Assembly (NCBI RefSeq): GCF_001194135.2
Contig: NC_068987.1
Span: 24,328,023 to 24,392,022, forward strand
Reading direction: 5' to 3'
Length of the DNA: 64,000 bases
DNA from: Octopus bimaculoides
Taxonomy: Eukaryota
The notes under the pieces are model-generated. The model was not told the origin of the DNA and made no database searches. It saw only the letters and a list, made by a program, of their open reading frames with translations. The position numbers were made by a program, and so were the translations under genes. Shown piece after piece: positions 12,311-24,537 of the stretch (positions are counted from its first letter, which is position 1; the number at the start of each line of letters is the position of its first letter).

Positions 12311-13949
12311 TAATATCAATGTAGTTATTGAGTAACATTGAAGTCAGCTATGTCAAAGAAGCAGTTGGTGAAATTGTGCAAAGCACATCTCTGGATGTAT
12401 GGAGTTCATTCTCCTTACCATCAAATATAGTAGCACTGTGAATGTGTTCTTATGGATTCAAGACTGTAGCTGGTGTATGGCTATATGTGAGGAACTATGG
12501 ACAGTAGGTCATTGTAATGACATCTGTAGATGTTATGTATACATTATAAGGAGGTGACATAAATTGTACATGTGCAGGTTGAAAACTAATTAATGAGACT
12601 GAAACCACAAGTACTTCAAGATAACATCTATAACTGTTTATTTCATTAAATAAATGTGATATCAGAATATTTGTAGTTACCCTGTAATAAAGTATCAAAT
12701 GAAGATATATATGCAATTATAACCTGATCAAAGCCATTTCAATTTAATGAACATCTCCACTGTGTGTTGGCTTGATTGTCATGTCACTGGTTTGTAGTAA
12801 AGTAGAGTTAGTATAATATAGACTACATTAGGAGAAAACCTATCTCTAACTTGTTAAAATGATGTCAATAAATTCATTATAATTACTTTAATTATGAAGT
12901 AACTCTATCTTGACTTATTATTCCTGTAGATGGTATTGTAATTGCTTCCAGTTAACAATTTATCCAGTATCATCATTCACATTGCTGAAAAACCTGTCAG
13001 TATTACTGAAATTACTGCCAAATATATAGTTATCTTCTTGATCCTATTTTGTTGTAAGACATCAGTTTATATAACTTATGTTGTTTGCTTTACCTGTTAC
13101 TTATTACATACCTGTGTAGTTGCTTAGTTTTATTACACAGTAATCTTTAATTGTTAACGTACTTGAGATGTTTATTATTACATATGTTCAGTATCAGCTT
13201 AAAGGCAGTGTAGACTCTGAAGTTAAAATCATTGATAAAAGTCGGGTATATATGTAGTGTTTGTATATTTGTCTCCTTATATATTTTCTGATGCTGATCT
13301 TACTTCCTTTTTATTTTTAACACAAGTTATTTGAACTAGAATATCAAAGTTCAAAATTAATATTTTATTATAGGATCTGATAATAGATCCAATTGTGTTC
13401 TAGAACATTTCTAAAGTGATCATGAAGAAGTTATATGTGAATGGTTACCATTAACGTATTTGAACTTAACATGAAGAAGGCAAGAAGAATGAGTAACTTT
13501 TTGTATAGTCACCTAATATGAATGGATAATGTCTACTTGGTAATGTGTATGACAAATTGAAGTAATCAACCATCATCTTTGAATGTACAGAGATTTGTAG
13601 TTACTGCTCGATACTATTGATATATAAAAGTTGAAGGTGAGAAGCAGGAGATACAGCTGATTGTTGTAGGCAAGAAAAATTTCAGAGGAAATAATTTGGT
13701 TAGAACTAAGGAAGCTGCTAGTTGACAGACTAGACGATGCAGTGAAAAATGATGCATTACAGACAACTTGAAACAGCAATGATTCATTAACAACCAACAA
13801 TGATTCACTCAATTTAAACTATATCAATTACATTGGCAACAACTGGATCAAACTCCTCAGTAACTTTTTTTTATCTATCATAAGTACAAGTGTAAAATTA
13901 CACATACTTTTGCCTTTGTAATTTATTTACAGAAAAGCAGTTGAACAAT

Positions 13950-14450
13950 TATATCATTTTTCAACATAGTCTGTTTGATTTTCATTGCTCTTCTTCCAGT
14001 GGTCCAGAAGCTTACTTATTCCATTGGAGATTTTCAGCTGGTCGTTACAGCCATTTATGTACTTCTTTGTCTAGCAAATCAACAACCTTGTAATGGATGT
14101 TTGAGCAGTCCAGAGAGGTAATAGTTGGAAGTGGGTAAGACCAGGACTATGTAGGGTGTTCCACTGTGTGGCGTGCATTATCATGCAACAATAACACTTG
14201 CTTTGACAATAGACCTTGGCATTGTTTTGAGATGCTGGTTTCAATTTGTTGTTGCCTACACTGATGACTATATACCCCTTTTTACAGGTATGTTCTAGTA
14301 TTCCTTTTGCATCCCAAAAAGTAACTAGCATCACTTTTTTCTGTGGAAGGTTGAGTCTTGAATTGGGACACCTTTTCTAATCCCTCCTGTCCCACATGCC
14401 GGTCAGTTTATCATGACAACTGTTCACTTCAAAAGAAGGAACTTCTGTAG
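13950..14450 (-). mobile_element. Mariner transposase fragment
   Basis: FKTQPSTEKVML..FWDAKGIL, DNAR, degenerate YSPDLAP region, ends DYVEK*; frameshifted. Confidence 0.8.
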
Positions 14451-15652
14451 AAACATATATAAGCATAGGCCATGTCTATTTGTTCAAATTCTAATTGGGT
14501 CATGGAAACATGAGCGCCATACTAATTTTGTTGTCCCAAAGCTTGACCAACACAAGATCGATATTGCTGCCCCTTTTGAGATTTGATTGTAAGGAGAAAG
14601 CCAGCTAATTGAAGTGGGTTATAATTACAGTTTCTTTTGTGTGGTAAGCTGAAAGATGTGAAATGAAATATCTGCATAGGTTTTGCAATTGGGAAGAATC
14701 CTAGCTCATAGGCTAGATGAGTTGCCATCCATTGTGAGTGACTATCATTAAACTCTACTTTCCACTGTCTTTTGAGTGTTGTGACTTTCTTCTTTGTGTA
14801 TGTACCAACTATTCCCTCAACGAAAGAGATTTTGGTGTTTAGAGACAAGTGGGGGACAACTATAGAGATTTTTTAGTTTCACCTCATCAACAGAATTCAA
14901 TTGACTGAAGGATGTAGATGAATGAATTTGCTTTTACACAAAGAACAATAGTTACGTTTTTTAAACTAAAAATAATTTGCAGAATTGAAATTTAAAGAGT
15001 ACTTATAGTGTTGGCTTCATACTGAAATACAACTATTGCAATCTTTGATTTGATTTGTGTCAGGAGCTATAGAAATCATGTGAAAATAAAAAGTATGTGC
15101 AAGATGTGATCTCAAGACCCAGCCAGGTGGGTGGTAATTCCAAATAATTGATTTGGACTGTGGTGATTAGCAATAATTTTACAGTTATTTGGCTGTGTTC
15201 AGTTCCTTGACTAGATCACCATTGATAGAAATATAAACAACATACTGAACATTCAACTTAGCTGACGCTCTTCTAACAGCAGTAACAATTACTGAAGTGA
15301 AGGGTCCAGAGACCTAGTAGACCTCTGTTGAACCTGTTCCAGAAGGTGACTGATTCAGTTTGAATGACATGGGAATGAACAACAATTAACAGTGAATGGT
15401 TATGTATGAGTGGGAAAAGTGATAACCAATTTACCACAATGTATTGAATGTAAAGCATTTGAGATATCATCATCATCATCATCGTTTAACGTCCGCTTTC
15501 CATGCTAGCATGGGTTGGACGATTTGACTGAGGACTGGTGAAACCGGATGGCAACACCAGGCTCCAATCTAAATTTGGCAGAGTTTCTATAGCTGGATGC
15601 CCTTCCTAACGCCAACCACTCAGAGAGTATAAGTATATATATATATATATAT

Positions 15653-15812
15653 ACAAGGATTCCTCACCATATCTCGATTTATTATTTAAGCTTATGTTGA
15701 TTCCTCTGTGGTGGTGTTTTGCATTTATAATAAAATAAATATACACAGTACAGTACTGCTTCTATTTCGTGGATTTTGGAATGTAACACCCGTGATAGTT
15801 GAGGGACTACTG
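15653..15812. mobile_element. Short Tigger/pogo-type MITE remnant
   Basis: Right end gatagttgagggactactgta is a Tigger-like TIR; left end tacaaggattcctcaccatatc is a degenerate match. Confidence 0.5.
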
Positions 15813-17164
15813 TATGTGAACTTGTGTCTAATGACAAAATGTAACTGATATGTCAAGTCTTACAACCTTTACAGTGTTCACAGAGTATTGAGCAGCAGTT
15901 GTGGTGTCAGCATTTTGATACCAGGTATGAATCATCATGATACAGGTAAGTTTTTACCGATATTCATATGGTTTCTAATCCTCTATGTCAGCTGACTTTT
16001 TCTCAACCACACCTTTAATCTTTATGCTCTCCAATGTCATTATCTGTTCATCAATACATCAAGCTGTTCCTGAAAAAAGATTTGTAAAAAACGTCAAATT
16101 AGCTCAAACACCCTGTGTCTCCTTGTCTTGACATTGGGTGATAGTCACGAACAAGCATCACCATCTTACAAGCAATGCCATGTGTTTCCAATCTTCTGTC
16201 TAAATATGTTTGGCCATGGGGAAATATTACCTTGTTTAGAAACAAGTGAGGACAATGATGGGAAGGCAACAAACTGTAGGAAATCTACCAGAACAAATTT
16301 CATCTGATCCATGGAAAATTGGATATTAAAACAATCATAATGATAATTTGTTAAAAAGTAGCTAAACTATTGAAATCTGTTCACCAACAGTAGAGATACA
16401 GTATTATATGAAGCACATGAAACAACAGAAAACTATATTACTGACCACAATATCTCCAGGTAGAAATTATTAAGAACATTTGAAGACATACATGTCATGA
16501 AAATATTCTATGGTTTTATTTCATTAAGAATGGGTATTGAACAATTCTATATATTTTTACATACTTAGTAACAGTTTACCTAAATACTGTAAAGAAGCTA
16601 TTGTAACGTGCTAGCAGTTCATCAATTGTGGCTTGAATATTATTTAGTGGCATGGTTTGTACTTTAGTTTGACATCTTTACACATAGAAAAAAATCTATT
16701 ATCACATCTAGAATATTATCAAATATATCACAGAAGTATATCATGGATCAGTTTCACCTATGGCTGTGTGGTTAAGAAGTTTTGCTTCCCAACCACATGG
16801 TTTCAGACTCAGTTACACAGGGTGGCACCTTGGACAAGTGTCCTCAACTACAGCCCCAAGCTAACCAAATCCTTGTAAGTGAATTTGGTAGACAGACGTA
16901 CATACATATGTATGTATGTATGTCTGTCAAATATATGTGTGTATCGTGTATATATGCATGCGTGTGTGCATTTTCTAAGAAAATATGATATAATACAAGT
17001 AAATCAAGTAGTACAGATTTTATCAGACATACATACATGGCATAATCATTCAGTATTTGCAGGAAGTGTTTTACTTCAATAAATATGCACCTTAGTAAAC
17101 ATGTTTGATGTAATGCTATACAGAAATTACCATTTAAAAAAAAATGGTCTTTCTTTAGATATAG

Positions 17165-17325
17165 ATGCAGGAGTGGCTGTGTCGTAAGTAGTTTGCTTAC
17201 CAACCACATGGTTCCAGGTTCAGTCCCACTGCGTGGCACCTTGGACAAGTGTCTTCTACTATAGCCTCAGGCCAACCAAAGCCTTGTGAGAGGATTTAGT
17301 AGACAGAAACTGAAAGAAGCCTGTC

Positions 17326-17365
<40 letters not shown>

Positions 17366-17573
17366 ATACGTTTGTGTGTCTGTGTTTGTCCCCCCAACAT
17401 TGCTTGACAACTGATGCTGGTGTGTTTACATCCCTATAATCTAGCAGTTCGGCAAAAGAGACCAATAGAATAAGTACTAGGCTTACAAAGAATAAGTCCT
17501 GGGGTTGATTTGCTCAACTAAAGGCAGTGCTCCAGCATGGCCACAGTTAAATGACCAAAAGAATAAAAGAATA
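17165..17573 (+). mobile_element. tRNA-derived SINE, family A (near full length)
   Basis: A/B-box-like head (gtggctgtgtcgtaag...ggttcagtccc), internal (TA)n(TG)n, A-rich tail; other copies at 6289-6615, 16760-16895, 2115-2245(-), 9735-9860, 38065-38225(-), 54335-54485(-). Confidence 0.8.
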
Positions 17574-18857
17574 TCATTGATGGGGTTTCTTCTTTGAGTG
17601 AATATGTCTATGTGAAGACAAATTAGATCTTTGAGAAAATGTTTTACCACAGATATCACAGCAGTATGGTTTTTCTCCTGTGTGGATGCGTTTGTGGGAA
17701 GATAAATTAACACTTTTGGAAAATGATTTATCACATATATCACAATGGTATGGTTTTTCTCCTGTATGAATATATTTATGGCATGATAAATGACCTCTTT
17801 GAGAAAATGTTTTACCACAGATATCACAGTGGTATGGTTTCTCTCCTGTGTGAATATGTTTGTGGCAAGACAAATGGCCAATTCTAGAAAATGTCTCACC
17901 ACATATATCACAGTGATATGGTTTCTCTCCTGTATGGATACGTTTGTGAGAAGATAAGCAGCCACTTTGGGAGAACGTTTTGCCACAGATGTTGCAATCA
18001 TATGGTTTCTCTCCTGTGTGGATGCGTTTATGGGAATATAAATTACTACTTCTAGCAAATGTTTTGCCACAGATAGCACAGGGGTATGGTCTCTCTCCAG
18101 TATGAATATATTTGTGTTGAGATAAATGACCACTTTCAGAGAATGTTTTACCACAGATATCACACTGATATGGCTTTTCTCCAGTGTGAATGCGTTTGTG
18201 TCGAGACAAATGAGCACCTCTAGAAAATTTTTCACCACAAACATCACAAGCATAAGGTTTGTCTCCTGTGTGAATACGCTTATGTTCAGATAAGTAACCC
18301 CTCTGACAAAATGTTTTACCACAGGTATCACAGTGATATGGTCTTTCTCCTGTGTGAATATATGTATGACGAGATAAATGGCCCTTTTGAGAGAATGTTT
18401 TGCCACAAATATCACAGTGATATGGTTTCTCACCAGTGTGAGTGTGTTTGTGTTGAGATAAATGTGAATTTCTAGAAAATGTTTCACCACATATATCACA
18501 ATGGTAAGTTTTTTCTCCAGTGTGAATTCGCTTGTGTTCAGATAAATGACCCCTTTGAGAGAATGTTTTACCACAGCTGTCACAGTGGTATGGTCTCTCT
18601 CCAGTATGAATACGTATATGGTGCAATAATACATTGCTTGTAGTGAATATTTTACGACAAACCTCACAATGGTATTGCTTTGACACTGAGTGAATTAATT
18701 TATGCTGATTTAAACTATTTTCTACTGTAAATAACTTCCCACAGATGTCACAACAGAGCGATTTCTCTTCTGTATTTTCCTGTATCTGATTAAATATATC
18801 AATAGTTTCAGTTTCTTTTCTACTCATAACCAGGTTATCACATAATTTCTCCTCCAT
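17574..18857 (-). CDS. C2H2 zinc-finger protein Z3 (427 aa, 14 fingers)
   Basis: 14 intact CxxC..HxxxH units, mostly TGEKP/TGERP-type linkers; N-terminus homologous to Z2 (IQENTEEKS). Confidence 0.95.
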   Translation of the reverse strand: MEEKLCDNLVMSRKETETIDIFNQIQENTEEKSLCCDICGKLFTVENSLNQHKLIHSVSKQYHCEVCRKIFTTSNVLLHHIRIHTGERPYHCDSCGKTFSQRGHLSEHKRIHTGEKTYHCDICGETFSRNSHLSQHKHTHTGEKPYHCDICGKTFSQKGHLSRHTYIHTGERPYHCDTCGKTFCQRGYLSEHKRIHTGDKPYACDVCGEKFSRGAHLSRHKRIHTGEKPYQCDICGKTFSESGHLSQHKYIHTGERPYPCAICGKTFARSSNLYSHKRIHTGEKPYDCNICGKTFSQSGCLSSHKRIHTGEKPYHCDICGETFSRIGHLSCHKHIHTGEKPYHCDICGKTFSQRGHLSCHKYIHTGEKPYHCDICDKSFSKSVNLSSHKRIHTGEKPYCCDICGKTFSQRSNLSSHRHIHSKKKPHQ

Positions 18858-19116
18858 GACTTTCTCTTTAAATTTCCTGTTTTCTTTGTATATTCATAAT
18901 AGAAATATATCTATATCTATATTTACTTTCCCTCTCTGATGGCCTTTACCAAAGTCTGATGATGTCTCAGCTACTAAGAAATATTTTCCAGTAAACATTT
19001 GTGTACTTTCACAAATAATGCCAACTCCAAGGAAATATTTTACATCCATTAAACTGAAGGCTGACATTAGCTTTATAAATACATTTCTAGTCTTCAAACT
19101 TTGATCCTCTGATCCT

Positions 19117-19153
19117 TCAGTGATATATTTTTATCTCAATGCCATCAGGTAAC
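19117..19153 (-). other. Predicted exon-2 start of Z3 with micro-ORFs (MLPDGIEIKIYH*; nested MALR* 19145-19131)
   Basis: Minus-strand tttcag|g acceptor at 19154/19153. Confidence 0.6.
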
Positions 19154-19489
19154 CTGAAATTATAACACAACATAGGATATTAGGGATAATGAAATGTTAA
19201 CAAAGGTTATTGGAGAGAGGATATTTGAGTGCAGATATTGAAAGTTAGAAGAAGCATAATATATTTACAGGGAAAAGACACTGTGGCAGTATAAATATAT
19301 GGGAGGAAATGAATAATGAAGACATTGAAAAATGACCACTGGTCACTATGACATCAATCTCTGCAATTAATTCAGATATTTTTATAAAGATAAGAATTAT
19401 CTTTCTCATCATCAGCCATTGTATACACAGATCATATGAAGGCTAAGTATAGTAACAGCTAATATACTGCAATGACAGCCATGATATTT

Positions 19490-20720
19490 AAAGAAAAACC
19501 ATATGATGAAATAATACGTGGATTAGATTTCGTCTACACCTATATTGACAATATTCTCATCGCTAGTTCTTCTGAGAAAGAACATGAGATTCATTTGAAG
19601 CAACTTTTTGAAAGGCTTTCTCAATATAAAATTCATATGAACGCTACCAAATGTATTTTCGATGTGCCTTCTCTCACTTTCCTTGGACACACCATTGATA
19701 AGAATGGAATAAGGCCTTTGCCAGAAAAGGTTGAGGCTATAATTCCAGTTCCCATTTCATTAAGACAGCCCAGACAATTTATCAGATTAGCTAATTATTA
19801 TCGACGTTTTATACCTCATTGTGCTGAAACTTTATACTCTCTCAACAAATTACTGCAACACCGCAAGAAGAGAACAGAAAACATTACTTTAATTCTTGCA
19901 GAAATAAAAGCTTTCAACAATATTTAACAGAAACTCTCTCATGTCACCATGTTAGCTCACCCCATTCCTAATGCCGAAATTCCTCTTGTAGTCAACGCGT
20001 CCGAAATTGGTGCCGGCGCAGTCATTCAACAACTCCACCATGGTGAATGGCAACCTCTAACATTTTGTCTCTAAGCAGTTAAAACCAGCTGAAACTAAAT
20101 ATAGCACATTCAGTCGTGAACTGTTAGCTATTTACCTCTCAGTTAAACACTTCCAACACATTTTGGAAGGAAGAAACTTCACAATATTTACGTATCATAA
20201 GCTGTTATCTTTTGTTTTACACTGCAAGCCAGATAAATTTTCCCCGAGTGACATTCAACATTTGGATTACATTTCCCAAGTCACGAGTGATATACAATAT
20301 ATTCCAGGTTCTGAGGAGATTGTTGCAGATTCTTTATCCCGTTTACCTGTAAACACGTTATTTTCAACTGCAGAAATTAACTTGGACGAAATGTTGGAAG
20401 ATTAACCATCCGTTGATTTGAATAATATACAACAACCAGAATTAATTCCTTTCGACCTCCAATTTTTCCCAGTTGCGACATCAAACAAACAGATCCTTTG
20501 TGATTTTTCTTCTGGTAAACCTCGCCCTTTAGTTCCTGAAAAGCATTGCCGTATCGTTTTCTCAGCACTACACAATATCTCACATCCAGGTATAACAGCA
20601 ACATTGAAGCTTATTACAGCTCATTTCGTTTGGCCAAACATTCGTTGAGACATAACTAATTGAACTTGTACCTGTGTTGATTGTCAAAAATCCAAGGTAC
20701 ATAAACATATATTATCACTA
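19490..20720 (+). mobile_element. Ty3/Gypsy pol fragment (RT, RNase H, integrase zinc-binding domain)
   Basis: FVYTYIDNILIAS, LTFLGH, YYRRFIPHCA, KYSTFSRELLAIY, HPGITAT..CQKSKVHKH; stops and frameshifts. Confidence 0.9.
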
Positions 20721-20729
20721 CATAAATTG

Positions 20730-21746
20730 GTGACCCCTAGGCAGAATTAACATTACAATAATGAAAACAACAAAGATGTATTCATCATAAGATGTCAAAC
20801 TTTAGAAACAATATCACAGTTCAAATGTAATAAATGTTTGTTATTTTTTGGGCCAATACACATGTCTACTCCTTTTGGTAGTCTGAGTTTGTGAAGTTGT
20901 GTGTAAAGGACATGTTTGTAATGCTGTGTGTGTGTGTTGTCTGTAGTGGGGTTGGAAATAGTTTTTTCTATGCGAGCCCTTTTTAGTCTGTCAACAGAAA
21001 TAGTGCCTTTACAACCATTAAGGTCTAAAGTGAAAACTCTATCTGCGTAAGAAAGCACACGCAAAGGTCCTGCATACGGTGCTGTTAAAGGATGTTTAAT
21101 GGCATCGTTACAAACAAAAACATGAGTCCAGGATGAATAGTCTTTAGGCAAATATGTATTAATGTCTTGTTTTCTGGTGTTCATATGTGGTAACTTTGAC
21201 ATATAATCACACAAGCGTTCAACGAAATTTGTAGTGTCGATATCTTGTGTGTTTGCAAGAACAATCATCTGACCGGGCAGTGTCAAGGAAGAACCATAAA
21301 GTAATTCTGCAGGAGAATATCCAATATCTTCATTGATAGAAGAGCGGAGACCCAAGAGAACAATAGGAAGAAATTCAATCCATAGAGATGAATCAGCAGA
21401 AGCACACAACACAGCTCTAAGCTGTCGGTGAAATCTTTCGATCATACCATTCGAAGCTGGGTGGTAACTAGTTGAATGGATGTGTTTACTTCCTAAAATC
21501 TTCGTTAGTTCCTGGAAGAGTTTAGCTTCAAATTGACGTCCGCGATCTGTTGTTATTTTAACAGGTGTTCCGAAACGAGAAATCCATCCTGTGACTAAAG
21601 CTTGTGCCACAGTTCGAGAAGAGATGTCTGTGAGTGGAATGACTTCTGGCCAGCGTGAAAAACGATCAATACAAGTTAATAAAAACGTGTAGCCCTGACT
21701 TCCAGGCCAAGGTCCTACTACATCAACATGTATGTGCTGGAATCGT
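20730..21746 (-). mobile_element. Ty3/Gypsy integrase core and C-terminus, inverted relative to the adjacent pol fragment
   Basis: [52 protein letters not shown]. Confidence 0.9.
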
Positions 21747-21841
21747 NNNNNNNNNNGTTTGTCGTCTGTTTTAGGGTTAGTGTTGGGGAAAAAAGTCAAA
21801 ATTGAAGAAGTTGGGGGGAGGGGGGAAATTTGCACAATGCC

Positions 21842-21935
21842 GATTTTTGGCAATCTTCCGGAACCTCCGTATCCGAAAACGGGGATTTTTGGCAATCTTC
21901 CGGAACCTCCGTATCCGAAAACGGGGATTTTTGGC
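21842..21935. repeat. 42-bp GC-rich tandem repeat, 2.2 copies
   Basis: Unit gatttttggcaatcttccggaacctccgtatccgaaaacggg at 21842, 21884 and partial at 21926. Confidence 0.95.
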
Positions 21936-22624
21936 AAAACAAAAAAAAAATTACAAAAATAAACAAATTTGGGAGAAAATGGGGGTGGGAGACGGGCAGA
22001 ATTCTTTCCAAAATATATTTTATGTAATAAATATACAGTTCCTAAATTTATTCTTCTCTGTAAGAATTCCTATAAGATACATGCAGCTTTTCTAAACATA
22101 TATTCACACTACAAAATCATTTATAAAATATTGGAAAGATAAAGTTTTCTGAAACTATTTACTACAAATTTGAAACACTGCTAATAATACATCTGAATGT
22201 CTCAGTAACAGCAAGAAGCCGAAAACCCGAACACCCCAGTTACTGGATAGCTAGGAAAATGGGGTTAACCATTTAACTGGAGCAACGACATAGAAATACT
22301 TGTTATTTACAAAACGAAATGTAAACATTGTTTGCGATGATGGGGAATAAAACTGAACAACAAAAACGACCTGGATAAAATATAATACATGAGAGCTAAC
22401 CCCTTGCGTGTTATTTTAAAATAAAATACATTTTCTGAAAACTAGATTAACTTACGGATTTTAAAAGAATTAGAAAAACGTGAAAGAATGAAATAAAGTA
22501 ATAATGAAGAGATAAAAAAAAAAAACAGGATCTTGAAGGGAGCAAGAATGGTGTAGATGAAGTATGAATGTAAATATATAATAGAGATTTTGTATAAAAG
22601 AAACGTGTTAATTATATATAAATG

Positions 22625-22885
22625 ATACTTACATAACTACTATGATGAGGACATTGATAGACTGAGCAGAACTTCCAACTTTTCTTACAAAATATCTCTA
22701 TTGTCTTCTTCTGGTTGATGAAAAATCTCATAAGTTTATTACAGGAGTTGATTAATTATTACTAATAAAGTGTAAAGAAATAATGTAACTGTAATGTTTA
22801 CGTATTTAATGAGGTGTGCGGTTGACATACCGGAAGTGACATTGGATTGTGTGGTAAGAACTTACCTCAAATCAATAGAGATTTA
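22625..22885 (-). promoter_or_regulatory. Predicted promoter/exon-1 cassette of Z3
   Basis: Inverted copy of the cassette: CCGGAAGTG 22830-22838; minus-strand AT|GTAAGTAT at 22633/22632; points toward the minus-strand Z3. Confidence 0.62.
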
Positions 22886-22949
22886 TTTATTTATTTTTCA
22901 GATTTTTCGTTTAGTTCTGCAAGTCGTAATTTGGCGTCCTCAAATTATT

Positions 22950-23172
22950 CAGTCACACGGTAGAAGGAATAAAGATCTGTGATGTCTGTTGTAAAACATT
23001 CTATAGAAGAAGTGTGATGTTAACATAAAAGCCATACCACTGGAATATCTGATAAAATGTTTGCTAGAATTGCTGAGTACTACAGATCTATGGTAAAACA
23101 TTTTCTAGAGATATTGAATTGTATTCACACAGGAGAAAAACAATAACATTCTCTCTAAGTAGTACTTTATTT
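22950..23172 (+). pseudogene. Degenerate C2H2 zinc-finger relic
   Basis: Finger-coding fragments tgtgatgtctgttgtaaaacattc, aagccataccactg, ggtaaaacattttctaga, attcacacaggagaaaaa with stops and frameshifts; cut off by a MITE at 23175. Confidence 0.75.
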
Positions 23173-23174
23173 CG

Positions 23175-23729
23175 GTACTACTAAAGAAGAGTGGTCCCCA
23201 ACGCGCGTCCGCGCTAGCTAGTCGTGAGTAGACGATCCTACAACAAGTGCGCGTATGCAAACTAGTGCATGCGCGCTCTTTTTACGGCTGAAATGGCTGA
23301 ATATATATCAAAAATACCTTCTTTTTTTTGTAAACAAATATAATAATTAAACAAAGTAATTAATTGACACACTACCTGTTTTTGTTAACTTCTAAACAAC
23401 GTAAATAAATTAAAAAAACAAACAAATCGAATAAAAATAACACACTGCCTGTTTTTGTTAACTTCATACATTTTTTAAAATTAAATTTTTGTGAACAAAA
23501 TAATAAATTTTTTTTTCTAAACAACATAAATAAATAAAAAAAAGCAAATCGACACAAAAAAAGGTATTTTTGATATATATTCAGCCATTTCAGCCGTAAA
23601 AGAGCGCGCATGCACTAATTTGCATACTCGCGCACGCGCACATGTATTCATTTACACACGCGCACTTGTAGGATCGACCACTCCCGACTAGTTAGCGCGG
23701 ACGCGACCACTCTTTTTTTTTAGTAGTAC
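23175..23729. mobile_element. MITE with long imperfect TIRs (about 150 bp)
   Basis: gtactactaaagaagagtggtc...tatcaaaaatacctt is mirrored by aaggtatttttgata...gaccactcttttttttttagtagtac; AT-rich non-coding core; TSD either TA or CG depending on boundary. Confidence 0.85.
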
Positions 23730-24029
23730 CGGAAAATTAATTTCGCATTACAGCTAGATTATCAAGGATGCATTACTAAAACGAGAGATTCATTTAGTCC
23801 CAGATCAGAGTTTCTTAAATTTTCCCGTTCTTTCGTGTCTATTCCCCACTCCACGTCAAAGAAAAAAGTAGTTTTATATACGACAGTTTAGTAAATATTA
23901 TTAGCAGCTTTAAAATCAACATTTTCTGTCCAAGCAGTACTTCGGTGTGAACATCGCTATAATGTTTTTTTAACTATAGGTCCGCAGATTCAAAGAATAC
24001 GAAGAGCAAAACACCACCTAAACTGTATA

Positions 24030-24345
24030 GCACTCTCAGCTGTTTAGAGGCAAGTTCTTCTAATCAGTGACACTTCCGGTATGTTAACCTCCACACTTAA
24101 GTCTATAAACAATGTTGATATATTATTCTTTCTTTACACATATGTACAGTGTGAGTAATAACTAATTAATTTCTGTAGTTAACTTAAGAGATTGTTCATT
24201 AACCAGAAGACAATAGAGATAGTCTATATGTAGTAGTTGAAAGTTCTGCTCAATCTATCTATTTTCTCTTCTATTTCCAAATCATCACTACTTCACTACA
24301 TCTCTCATTATTTCATCTTATAACTACATTGTTTTGTAAGTATCA
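24030..24345 (+). promoter_or_regulatory. Predicted promoter/exon-1 cassette of Z4
   Basis: CACTTCCGG 24071-24079; TT|GTAAGTAT at 24335/24336. Confidence 0.55.
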
Positions 24346-24502
24346 TTCATAAAGATTTTACAGTTAATATATATTTGTCTCTTTTAAAAATCTTTGCTTT
24401 ATATTTACAGTTTTTAATTTGTCTATCCTATTCTTGTTTCTTACAAAAATCTATTTCATTCTTTAATTTCCATACATTGATTTAGTTTACACGAAATTTT
24501 TT

Positions 24503-24537
<35 letters not shown>

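Noticed and set aside
14522-14848. ORF faintly resembling a sulfotransferase (VGTYTK, THLAYEL)
   Set aside because: The TYPKSGT motif is not intact and there are no splice signals or other exons; an HMM search would be needed.
17165-17240. tRNA-like heads
   Set aside because: They are SINE 5' regions without a full cloverleaf; not tRNA genes.
20795-21937. 380-aa ORF with repeated KIPVFGYGGSGRLP N-terminus fused to integrase
   Set aside because: The repeat is translation of a 42-bp tandem repeat joined across a 10-N gap; not a real fusion.
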